The translations under genes and the position numbers were made by a program. A DNA stretch of 63,453 nucleotides, filler included, from Pelomyxa schiedti (Eukaryota > Protista > Evosea): the NCBI GenBank assembly GCA_020536535.1. It is 4 parts of 4 records of this genome, joined end to end, with 100 filler letters (N's around TTAATTAATTAA, not from the genome) between each part and the next. Parts side by side here need not be neighbours in the genome. Positions count along the whole stretch, not along the records: positions 32,173 to 62,160 come from JAHLWZ010001005.1; 3 more parts are not named here. One strand, given 5' to 3'. Shown here piece after piece: positions 36,602 through 48,542 of this stretch. The first letter of the stretch is position 1; each line of letters opens with the position of its first letter. Below the pieces are notes generated by a model that was not told the origin of the DNA, made no database searches, and saw only the letters and a program-made list of their open reading frames with translations.

Positions 36602-36750
36602 GCAAGAAGCCCTGCTTGCCTTTAAAAAAGATTTTTTTTCTTTGTGGCAATTTCATAGAAATTTCCTTTTTTTTGTAGCTAATCATGAACATGGTTCCAA
36701 AGAGAATAGGAAAAAAAAACAGAGGGCTGCCCCAGTCTGCAGGAGTTACA

Positions 36751-39700
36751 TTAGCTGGATGAAGCAGCCCTTGTGAGGAACTTGTTTTCTTCTGTGGAGT
36801 TGCCGATTGCTGCATAGAATGCAGCTATGTTTTTGCAGGCCTTGACTTTCTCGGGGTGTCCTGATGGGAACAACCTCTCATACACTGATAACATTTGGAG
36901 ATAGAGTGCTTCTGCTTCTCGTGGCTGGCCTTGTGTGTATTTGAGTATTGCCATGTCATTGAGTGTGAGGGCAATGTCGGGGTGTGTCTGAGCGAAAAAG
37001 TCAGTGAAGAGAATGAGCAATGAGGTCAACAACCTCGCCGTAGTATGAGCGGAGGATATTAAGACTCCTGGAATACAAGGGAAGTATCTCATTGGCTATC
37101 CTGCATTGCAGTAGGTTGGTATGAAATAGATCACATCTGAAAGTTTACACACCTTCCTTGGCGCTGGTACAGGTTTGCCAATTTCAGCAGGGTTTGGCAT
37201 ATGTTTGGGTGTGATGCTCCAAATTTCCTTTCGGTTGTTTGAAGGGCCTCCCTGAACATGCTCTCTGCCTCATTGTATTGCCCCTTGTCCGTAAGAATTG
37301 CAGCTACATTGTTCCTGCCGAAAATTCTCTTAAGCAAAAGCTGCCAAAGAGTAAAATAGTACTCACATAGACTGTGCTGTATCCGGGTGGTCCTGCCCAA
37401 GAACCTACGCTGTGTTAGCTTCAACTCCATGGTGTTTCACTATACCTCTCTACGTATCTCAAGACACTGCTGGTATAACTGAAGAGCCCTGTCATAGTCG
37501 CGCATCCGTGCATGAAGGACTCCATAGTCACTTAAAGATTGGGCAACCTAAGAACACTAAATCCATTAATATATATTTTTTTGAGAACTTCTGGATGGCG
37601 GCGTCCAAAGGCTTCCTGTTTAATGGAAATAGCCCTCTCAAATAATGGTTTGGCCTTGGAAGGTATTGAGAACAGAAAGAAGCACAAAGAATAAAATGCA
37701 CCTGAGAATATTTCCCCTTTTCTACCTTTTTACAAGTTACGATAAAAAGAAAGCAAAGGAAATACTTACAAATACACCCGCCATGTAAGCTAACGTATGG
37801 GCAACATCGGGATGTGACTCACCATAAACATCTTCATATATTCTAAGGGCTCTTTCAAAGAGCCGCTCTAAGCGTGAATGAATTAAGATGTGGGCATTGG
37901 TACACAATTACCTGCTTCATCATAACGAGCTTGAGAAAGATACAGAGACGCCATGTTAGATAGCGTCATCGCAACGTCAGGATGGTTAGGCCCATGACAG
38001 TGTTCCCTAATCTGTAGAGCAATCCCAAAATGTTCCTCGGATAACTTAAACGAAGTAAGCACTGATGCTTGGAGAAAATTGCTAACAAAGAAAGAACCTT
38101 ATCTTTTCCAGTGTCTTGGTACAGGCAACCTAATCCATTGTATGACATGGCGGTTTCCGGGTGGTTCAGACCAAGCAGCTGATCGTGAGTCAGGAAAAAA
38201 TAACGAGTTTGAACTTCCAGATTATTACCTTTTTTCGCAATACACAAGATCCAGAATAAAGAGGCTCAGCTTTGTCATACTTTCCCATTTTCCTTTGGGA
38301 ACTAGGTTGACGCACTATGGATAAACACGACATAACAAACCTGAACAGAATGGCCAAGCTGCACATGGAGGCTGCTACTTCGCGGGATTCTTCACCGTGA
38401 AGACGTTTACGGATTTTGAGAGATTCTTCATACATAGGGCATGCATCTTCGTACCTAGCCTGTACTCTGAACAAGTATGCCAGAGCGTCCCTTGGAAGAG
38501 TTTTTATTAACTGGGTTTTCCTTTGTTTTGAATATCTTACTGCACATCAGCCATAGCTGAGAGATCAACAGGTCTCCGTGCCTGCACAAGTGAAACCGCA
38601 GCTTTGAACAACGTTTCAGCTTCAGAAAAGTGAGCCAAATCCTGAAGGAATTTGCCAGTTTGTTGAAGTCTGGCGGTATTGGTCTTGTATTCTGAAGATA
38701 TTCCTACAGCAGCAACTAATTTTGCTGCTGGGTTAAAGGTGGAGCAAGCTCTGAAGTACTTGTATCTGAGGCATGTTAGTTGCGGCAGTAAGAAAAATGA
38801 AGGGAACCCACAGATCAAACAGATGTTGCTCAGAGGTAAGATGGAAGAAAATTTCGGGTGTGGTAATGAAAGTAACAAGTTCAGAAATCATTCCAGCTTG
38901 ATGATAGTGATATGGAACTTCTTCACATTTTCTATCCAAGGAATCTGACAACCTTTTTTTTTGTTTAGAACCTCCATTGTAGTTTTCAGAAGTACAGGAA
39001 GTGATCAATTATTCTTTTCCTATATGCCTGGGCAGAGGCAGTAGTTATATACTTGGAGGCGACAGACTGTTTTACAAAATCATGTGAAAAGTTTAGTAGT
39101 CCTTTACGGTATGTGAATTAGGGAATTACGTAAAGATTTAGCACAACCTGAGCGAGTAGAAAGAAGCTCAGAGAGGGCCAGCTGAATTTCACTCCACAAA
39201 AATGGTGCTATTCCTAAAATCTGGATGACTTCGTTTTCTGTCAAACCTCTTCGACTGAGCCAAATCTTGTATTTATAAATATCTGTCTTTAGTTCTTTCA
39301 CACATACAGTGGCCATGACATCCCCAATAAATCTCTTTTTGTCTCTGAAATCTATCTCGATTCGAGATAAAACCTTGTAAATGTAAGAATAAAGTAACGT
39401 TTGGGCCGACAGAGCACACCTGCTCCAAAAGACCTGGAATCCCAGACGCAGATAGGCACTGAGAAATCCGTGCATTGAGGGTTTCATAGGAGCCATGAAC
39501 CCGTATTTCATTGAGTACAGTTTTGAGGAAGAGCGGGTTGGAGGTATGAGGAGAGTCAATAATTCTATGGGACAGTAAATAGTGGAGATTTTCAACACGA
39601 AATACCTATCAATCTGTGTAGAAGACAGTGACTTGGAACAGTCAGACATGTAAGAGGAAATTAATTCCCTGCGTTCCCTCTCTTCCATTGCCTCAACTTT

Positions 39701-42700
39701 TAAGGTACGCCATTTTCGCTCGTTCAAAATCTACTCCATCGGTACGAAGTAAGCACTAAAAATAAAAGTGGTGAAAGTACCTCGGCAGCTCGACAGGGTA
39801 ACGAAGAAGTTATAAGTTGTACACCAGGTGGAAATTGGACAGGCAGCCAATGCAACTCCTGCGCATGATCTCTTTTTGGCAGTGAATAAAATGACATATT
39901 GTTGTTTAAACTTGTCGTCAAGTTGATTCAGCGCATCAAGGACAAGAAGCATTCCTCCCCGAGATGAAGCCTCCAGAAGGATAGAGGGCAATAGTGCAGA
40001 AAGTCCTATACAAGGATTTCAGACCTTAATTCCTTCAAACTTAGACTACCTTCAGTGTCATTAGGTAATTCCTTTGTTGGCAACTGGAAGTAATCAATAA
40101 TTTCTGAGATGATTCTGTGTAACATCCGGCCTTGGTTCTGTTATGAAAGGATGTTCTCTTGATTAAAAACCTACCCAAGTCAGTACTTAAACCGCTGCAT
40201 CCTATATAATGCGGCAACACAAAGATGTCAGGGTGTTCACTTTCATAGCGCACTACATAGTTGCAAACAAGTGCACTCTTACCACTTCCAGAGTTGCCCA
40301 CGATAACAATCGGGCTGGGATGCTGGTTCTAGGGGGAAATCAGGGGAAATATTTCCAAACTCAATTAGACCTGAGATTGGCTTGCAAGGAAGCAGTTTAT
40401 TTGGAACATGTAATTCTCCCCACCAACGTAGACTCGGGCTCTTGACTGCGCGAATGCGTCGTGAACCTCTCGCTCTCTTTCGAGTGGGGTTGGGCAATCT
40501 GCTTCAGGAAAATCCCTAACTATATTTGACTAACTACAGGGAAAAATGAAGGCCTAACCTGTCAAGCAAAGCTATAAGATGTTGCTTGAATATTGTTTCA
40601 AGGTCTGCAGGGGTGCTGTAGTGGAGCACATTTTCTGGGAACCGTTGCTCTATTGATTCCTATTCCAGAGGTTAAGGCTGTCATAACCACTTGTTAGTAT
40701 TATAGGCACACTTTTAGGGCTTGCAATTTCCTAGCAGTGTGGGGATTTGTTTCTTCGAAATCAGGACCCTTTCCTCTGGAAAACTGTTCACTTCTGAAGA
40801 AGAATCCACAGTGTTTTTGGGACTCAGTCGTGATTGTTGCTTGATTCAAGACTTTAAAGAAAGAGAACGTCATTGTGGCATCCTTGGACCAAAGAGGGAG
40901 CAACTGTACCAGCATGTCGGATTTCCAACTCTGTAATGCTCCTATCTGTGAAGTTCATTATCCATGGAAACTGTGAACTTGCATGGGCAAAAGTCTTTGT
41001 GAGAAGGTCATCTGAAGCTAGATGAGGACTGAGGAAGAAAAGAAAAGGTACCTCTGGTATTTTCAGTATGAGACCACCCATATCGATCCCCAAGCATGCA
41101 GAAAAACCAGGGTCTGCACCTATCAACTTAACAGAGATTATCAATGACGATAAGGAACGGGTGTGAGAAAATTAGGCACCTTCTGAAAGACAAATTGAAA
41201 TTGTGTTGCCACTTTCAGACTGTTCTGCAGTTATACCCCAGCGCAGATCAACCTTTGGACGGATTAATCAAAAGTATTCAAGGGTGGTATGTGTACCTCT
41301 CTAATAGAAACACCCCGTTTGGAACAAATAGCTCTAAGTGCAGGCATCACTCTTTTGATTATGGCCTCCCTCTCCAATGACATGTCTTTAAATGTGCTGC
41401 TGATGAAAATTCTTACATCCCTAGACTCCATGTGTCGCTTCTTCTGCTTTTTGGAGACTGGGTTCTCTGTGACGGAAAGGACAGCTTGTGGCGCCTCCGC
41501 ATACTGTAGATGGGCAGAATCACCAATATTTTGCTGCGCAAGAATTTCGGCCTCCCGATCAACGTCTCCTTCCTGAACAAAATGAATTGTGAGTATTGTC
41601 AAATATCTGGAAGAGTGTCGTTACCGTGAAAGTTGAAGAACTAAACGATAAGCTGTTCAGTACACTTTGTTGTTGCTGAAAATAGTTCTCTCTCTCAAGG
41701 TCCAGTGAAGACTCGTACTCTAAATACACAAACATAAAAAAAGGAATTAAGCTGGGAATTATTTGCTAACCTGCAACCGATACCCCACTGGCAGGTTCTG
41801 CAACAGTAATGTTATTGTAAACATCATTGGAAGGAATAGCAGCTGGGGAGTTTATAGTGGACTCAATTTGCATATCACCGGAAAAGAAATTCATGGCATC
41901 TCGGTGTGGGAGAGAAGGTTCAACTGTCTGAAATTCTATAGGATCGCGGTGGGGAATAGACGTGACTTGTGGTTGTGCCATATTCATGGGATTACGGTGA
42001 TCTAGAGAAGTAGTTCTTGTTTGCCTTACTGGTTCAAAATTCATTGCCTCGCGATGAGCAAGTGCAGGCATTGCCATCTGCTGAGGTACAACAAAATTCA
42101 TAGCATCTCTGTGAGGAAGCGCAGCAGATTGTGCCGGGGGAGGAAATGCCATTGCATCGCGGTGAGAAAGGCCCCCAATATAGAGTTGTGGTTGCATTTG
42201 AATTAGAGAAGCTGGAGTGGGTGTAAATGGCATTGCGTCACGATGAGCAAGTGCAGGCATTGCCGCCTGTTGATGTATAACGAAGTTCATAGGTTCTCTG
42301 TGAGCAAGGCTACCGGCATTGAATTGTGTTTGTTTTGGAATGAGATTAGCCTGTGTGGGTGTAAATGGCATTGCCTCACGATGAGCAAGGCCGGGCATTC
42401 CCATTTGCTGCGGAACAGTGAAGCTCAGAGGTTCCCTGTGCGACAGATATGGAGCTGAGCCCTGGGCCGGAGGGGGAGGAAAGGCCATAGTGTCCCTGTG
42501 CTGAAGAAAAGGTGTTGCAGCATTTTTGCATGAGCGTGCCTGAAAGTCAATCGGGTCCCTGTGGGCAAGTGAAGCCCCAAACGCCTGTTGCTGTTTCACT
42601 GCAATTGACCCAAAGTCCAAGCCCGTTCTATGTTGTACTGCATTCACGAAGAGGAGAGACTCAGGTCAGAAAAACCAAAATGACAACAAAGGGGAAGGAA

Positions 42701-42819
42701 TACACACTTGGGATTGCTGTTACGTTTGACAAGAACTCAGGGGGAGGTTGTGCTTGCTGCTGGGAAACAGAATTTAACGAGAGAGGCTCGTTGAAACTGA
42801 GTTCACACGCATCCATCAT
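36751..42819 (-). CDS. DUF4062-NACHT(STAND)-TPR protein (NPHP3/TEP1-like) with repetitive N-terminus
   Basis: RIFISSTFKDMSLERE..REV|DLRWG; SITELEI; Walker A GNSGSGKS; Walker B LVLDALNQL; kinesin-light-chain-type TPRs (HPETAMSYNGLG, HPDIALTLNDMA). Confidence 0.9.
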
Positions 42820-43699
42820 CAAACACCCAGGCGGTTTTTTTTTTGTGTTTCCAATCGGTATTTTCACAAACAGGAAATACCCTCGACTTCGATTATTTAC
42901 AGAGTTTTCGCTGCCAGGTCTTGTGCCACTGGCGATTGGGAAGCCAATGGTTGAACACCCAAGCTGGAGACTGACCTGACTGAGAGAATCCCATCCAATG
43001 AATGTTTTTGGTTGCTGTTGATAATTACAATTTTGGTTTTTTCACCGGATAGGAAGGATTGATGGAACCACTTTTGAGAACGAAGTTTTTATTTTGTTTT
43101 TAGAGTGGGGCTGACCACACGAGGCGGCAGTGCAGTGCCTGGGCAATCAGGAGAGCACCCAACTTGGCGACAGAGCAAGCCCCATCACCAAGCAGACACC
43201 CCCAGCGACCCCACAAAAAATAAGTTTAATATCGATGCTACCCAATGGGCAGCTTTCAGATATTAAGCTGAAAAGAACAGATACTACACTTGATCTTAGC
43301 CAAAAGGCCGAGAAGGTATGAAAACATAATCTCACTCTCCCCTCGCTTCTACCAGGCATCTCCGTCGGCCCAATTATGGGAGAAAAAGGTGGAAGAGATT
43401 CGATCGAAATCGAATAAAATAAAATTGCTTTGTAGTTTCCTGCTCGCGTGTAGTGTGGGACTTTGTGTTGCCGTTGCTGTTGCATAATTTTCAATCACGT
43501 GCGACTTGGGTGCAATCGCCTCTAACGGCGGTGCTCAGGGGTGTTGGCATCCGGTATGTGCCGCGTGGCCGAGGCGATGTTCCCACTTGTGGGACGCGTG
43601 TGCCGGTCCCTGCTGAGGCACTACCACAAAACCGACGCCGTTCTGAAATTCGCCTTGCGCGAGGGCACGGTACCAGAGATCGAGTTTTGTCCCTGACGA

Positions 43700-44830
43700 T
43701 TGGCACACGCAGCATACTCTCGTGTTCAAGTCGAAGAGACGACTCCCCTTTTGGTTGCAGTTGCGGCGCCGCCGCCCAAGATTCAGCAACGCTCTCAAGG
43801 CTGCGCTCCCGTTCAGGAACCAAAACAGATCAATTTGGCGCGGCCGGAGGGATGTCTGACCACTTTCAAGCTGTTCGCGTTTATGTTTGTTGCTTGCATC
43901 GTCGATGCTTATGGGATGGAGGAAGCCGTTCGCGGCGTGGGACCCCTTTTTATCTGTGTGCTTGTTTTGCTTGCTTCCCTGGATTTTACAGGTTTGCAGT
44001 GTTCAATATCTCTTTTTTTCTTCTTAGGATTGTTATACAGCTACCAATTGGCCTTATGACCGCGGAACTATCAAGCACACTTCCAAGCAACACAGGAGCA
44101 GTGCAGTGGGCTAATTGTGCCTATGGGAGGCAGCAAGATTTTTCACAATGGAGACAATCTTATTTTCTTTGATAGGAAACGCAGATTGTGCAGTCTCTCC
44201 AACCATGTAATTTGGTTTTACCCTTTTTTACGTGCACTGATTGTGTGGAAGGTTCATTGACTACGTATCTAAGCTCATTCCTCATTCCCCTGCTTACAAG
44301 TAATTTTCACTCTCTTTGTGGAGGGTCGTTGATTTACAATCAAGGTTATAGTCAAAGCTGGTGGTTGGAGTAGTAGTACTCAACGTCATTGGAGTGGTGT
44401 TGAGGGTGCTGGGAACGTTGCTGAGGATGTACAGGACTCAAAGCATCATTGAGTTCGGAGCTTTAATAGCACTGCGGCACAGGTAGCGCCAGTGAGTTAC
44501 AACTGCCTACTCCTTCCGTAAAGGTACCCCCAAATCAGAAGACCATTCTCGATAAACGGGAGCAACGGGTCACTTGTCCTCCTCTTCCTGTTCCCGACCC
44601 TTTTTTGCTGCACCACTGTGGTGTCTGCCCTTGTGATATCTATAAGTTCCGCGGCGGTCACTCTCTCACTGTGCGCTGCGATCCTAGTACTTGGGCTTCT
44701 CTTCCAGTTCCTTTACCCCCACAACCTACCCCAGCCGCCCTCCTTACAACAGTTGCTATGCACAGACACCACCCCCACAAGTAGCCACCCTCACAGCACA
44801 CCACAATCAAGTGACATGGATGTTCCTTGA
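43700..44830 (+). pseudogene. Degenerate or internally shortened APC-family (PUT/LAT-type) polyamine/amino-acid permease
   Basis: AYGMEEAVRGVGPL, LPIGLMTAELSSTLPSNTGAVQWA, EFGALIALRHRYPQIRRPF; central TMs appear missing and there is no in-frame ATG (ACGATTGGCA). Confidence 0.55.
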
Positions 44831-44922
44831 TCCTTCACCAATCCCCTTACGCAAAAAGAATTCAACAAACAAGAAATCGTTCGTTCTTCCACCATCACCC
44901 GATATTAATATTTCATGAGTCG

Positions 44923-45737
44923 ATGAGTACCACGACAGAAGTAGCGTTCAGTCACATTGAGCTGGTCGAGGCTCTCAAGATCAAAATTTTGGAGACGGGA
45001 CCCACGCGAGTGCGTTTCCTTTTTTGTTGTCGACAGTTGTGGATGTTAAGGTGGCGTTTACAAGGTGAGGCTTTTAGCACCACTGGTTGGAAACAGAAAT
45101 GACAAAAACACTGTTTTTGCTGGCAGCTCTTCCTCAGGTATGAAAACTTGTTTAGTGGCAACAATAATGAATGCTGTGCTTTGTTTCTAATGTGACATTT
45201 CAAACAAGTGGGAACACTGGCATGCTGGGCACTTGTAGACCAGGTTTATTCCCTTTGTGTGTTTAGACTCTTGGATTCTTGCCTGACTTGCAAATAAACC
45301 ACAATAGATTGTTAACACATGGGCAGTGGCGAATGGCAAAGAGAAACCATTGGCCTTTGCCAAGGAGGTGTCAATACAATACAAACGGGTCATCACAAGT
45401 GACTTTGTGGCAAGTTTCTTCTCATTTCGTGCAATTTTCTCAGTTTCAGTAGGCAGAATGCACAGCACCTAGTGTGGAGAAGGTGCAACAATTCTTACTT
45501 GACCTCGAGGCCAACGGAAAAGCTGGTGGGTGCCCTCTCTTAAAAGTCAGAAAATCACCTCTACTCACATTTTCATGTTTAGCCATTGACCTGGAATCCA
45601 TCACGTGTGAAGCTGGTAACACACAGACTTGTGTGTACGTCAAGGGGAACTATGTGGCATTATGCAACTTCAGACACCCCAGGGCATCACAAACAACACA
45701 AACCACCACAGATACCACTTCAAATTCTTCATAATAA
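44923..45737 (+). CDS. Hypothetical multi-exon protein
   Basis: ATG-initiated exon MSTTTEVAFSHIELVEALKIK and further protein-like segments bounded by GT/AG. Confidence 0.35.
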
Positions 45738-45844
45738 ACACTTAATAAGAGAGGTGTTTTTTAGCCACCCGACCAAGTTCCATTTTATTGATCTCTCAAA
45801 CTCGCTTTTTTCTTCCAACACCGCTCGGCCGTTTTGGAAAAATC

Positions 45845-46741
45845 ATGACAGCGTTAACGCCCGCCGAGTGGGTGCCAATCGAAGGCAACCTCAAGGCACT
45901 CACTCCCAGTCTCCAACCAACCAATTAACTAACAACCCAACGACACAAAACCAACACAACAGTGTGTCGAGTCTGACGCCAACGGCAACCTCTGGGGAGT
46001 CAACCGCTGCGACGAGATCTACTTCCGCCGGCCCTACTCCCCCGGCTGGACCCGCGTCCCCGGCGGCCTCAAGCAGGTCAGCGTCGCGCCGGGCGCCGGC
46101 GGGGGCCCCCACGTCTGGGGCGTCAACGCGCACTCGCAGGTCTACGCGCGCACCGGCTGCACCGACATGGACCCGATGGGCAGCGGCTGGCTCCACGTCC
46201 CCGCCCCGGCCATGCAGCACGTCTCGCCCGACGAGGCCGGCAACGTGTGGGGCTGCAGCGAGACCGACGTGTACTTCAAGCCCAGCAGGGACCCCGGGTG
46301 GGTCAGGGTGGGCGGCCAGCTCTGCGTGCTGTCCGCTGGGCCTAGGTTCCAGCTCTGGGGCTGCAATCGCTTCGACGAGATCTATGTCCGCACCGGTACT
46401 TTCCTTCTCTTCTTGTAACAAACTGAGTTAATGACACCTTGTGGGTAAATAACAAAGTTTCTAACCCGAAACTAGGGACAAGTGCTGAGAACCCAATGGG
46501 GTCTGGGTGGGTGCTTGTGGAAGGCAAGTGTGTGTGGATAAGTGTTGGTTCTAGGCATGCTGTTTGTTGCAACCGCGGATTCAAAGTGTACAAGAGACTT
46601 GGCTTGAGCCCAGCAACACCAACAGGAACACACTGGGACCAGATACCTGGCGCTATGAAGCAAGTACACATTAACCAGTACGGATTGGTGATTGGGTGCA
46701 CCTACGAGGGTGACCAGATACTCTATACTAATTTCCACTAA
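45845..46741 (+). CDS. Tectonin-like beta-propeller lectin (TECPR repeats, 3 exons)
   Basis: Repeats WxxVPGxLKxVS..xWGVN..xIY (LWGVNRCDEIY, WTRVPGGLKQVS, VWGVNAHSQVY, WDQIPGAMKQVH). Confidence 0.88.
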
Positions 46742-46852
46742 GTGGGAAAGGAAAGGAGTCTCTGTCATGTAGACAAAATAAAGTGCCCTTGGCATATATT
46801 TTTTTTTTCTATTCTCAAAATCGGGTGGGATTTCGGTAGAGTAACGTATTAA

Positions 46853-48405
46853 TCAGAACTGGAACGCAATGTTAGTTTAGACGAGAGAAACATCAAGGTA
46901 CCTTGATGGAGTTAGAGCCAGTACCAATTGGCCCACCGCGGTAAGTGCCCCTCTTCTTCTTTGTTTTTTCATGTCTGAAGTTCTTGCCTTTCACTGCTCC
47001 AAGTTCTTCAGCAGCTCTGGTTCCCCACACGTCTCCTCTCTGTGATGTGTTATGGACTAATAAAGTAGGAGACTAACCAACCTTGGCACCAAAAGAATTA
47101 TCAGAGAGTCTTGAATCGACTGGTTGGATAGTGCCGGTAATTCTTCGGAATGGTGGATTAGGCACCTAATGGAACATTACTTACAAATACTGGGTTGTTT
47201 CTTAAGAACCTTTTTCGGGAAGTTCTGCTCGTCCTCAGGTTCTGCTTCATCCGCCTGGGGATAGTCCTCCTCTGTTAGCATAGATTCCTCGGCTACTGGC
47301 TCAGGTGTCTCCTCAGTTGTGGTCTCAGCCGGTGGCTCGGTGGTTTCGGCTGGTGGCTCTACGGACACTTCTGTGCTCTCTGGAGCTACTTCCTCCTGTG
47401 CGGCTTCAGTAGTCTCTGGCTCTTCTTTCTCCTCTTCGACCAGGGTTTCAACAGGCTTGGTCTTTGCTGGGGTAGGGGTTTTTACTGGAGTCTTAGTTTT
47501 GGTCGCCACTGGCTTTGGTGCCTCGACTTTCGTTGGAGTCTTTGCTGGTGTCTTGGTAGTCTGGGGTGCAGCAGTTGCCTTACCAGGTGTTTTGGGTTTG
47601 GGGACAACTTTTTTAGGTGCCTCTGCCGCGACTTCGGGCTCTTGGTCGGCAGTTGGTTCCTCCGTTGCATTCTCCTCAGGTTGTTCAACAGGGACTTCTG
47701 GCTCCTCTGGTACTTCTGGTTTCTTGGTCTTTGGTGCCTCTTTAGGAGTGACCTTCGATGCGGCTTTAACAGGAGTGGCTTCTTTCTTTGTGGGTGTCTT
47801 CGTGGCAGGAACAACTGCTTTGCTTGGTGTACCCTTTGTAGCTGGTTTTGGGGTAGAAGCGACTGGTGTGTCCTCGGTATCGTCGTCAGGTATATCGCCA
47901 TCTGCAGCAACTGAATTTGCTGGTATCATGGTTCCAACTCTGCTTCGTTTGCTTGGGGTGTCAGCCGGGGTAGTGTTGGGGCCCCTTTTCCTGGATGGTG
48001 TGCTGTTGAAAGTGGGAAAAGGTTAGTATAACACTTGATTTGTGTTGGTGTCTTAATGGAAAGTGTTTACTCACCCTTCTGGGCCGTTCTGAAGATAGTA
48101 GTTGAATATATCAACTAGATTGCTCTCCTAACAAAATAAATAAGCACGAAGCAAGCGAATAAGTAATCCACATGGAGAAAAAAATAAATAAATAAATAAA
48201 AAAAAAAAAAACGAAACAGAGTTCAATTCATACAAAAATAATAATGTCAATTCTCAAACAGCTTCGTGCGTACCGGGGGAGGCGAGGCTTTCAGCGACGT
48301 CTCTTTTTTAAACGCAACCAACGTCGCCTTGAGGCCGCATTGAGCCAGAAACGAAGCTACGTATGGGTACAACTCGGATGCCGCGGCCGTCGACGCACCA
48401 CTCAT
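46853..48405 (-). CDS. NOLC1: Nucleolar phosphoprotein Nopp140/SRP40-like
   Basis: LisH-like ELYPYVASFLAQCGLKATLVAFKKE|..LVDIF; K/T/P/E-rich middle; SRP40_C PFRRI..DSRLSDNSF..WG..KGKNFRHEKTKKKRGTYRGG..NSIK|F*. Confidence 0.9.
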
Positions 48406-48542
48406 TGAGCTTGGATTTTTTTAAGTTTTCTGAAGATCTGATCACAGCAGCCGGGTAATTATTGCGCTTTGCAACTGCGCCTACCAGATTTAATTTCGTT
48501 TTTTTTTTCCTACCCGATACGTTACACCGGCACGTGCAAGCG

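Noticed and set aside
41880-42600. CRISPR-like or DNA-level repeat array
   Set aside because: Conservation is at the peptide level with variable codons, in a eukaryotic context with no cas genes.
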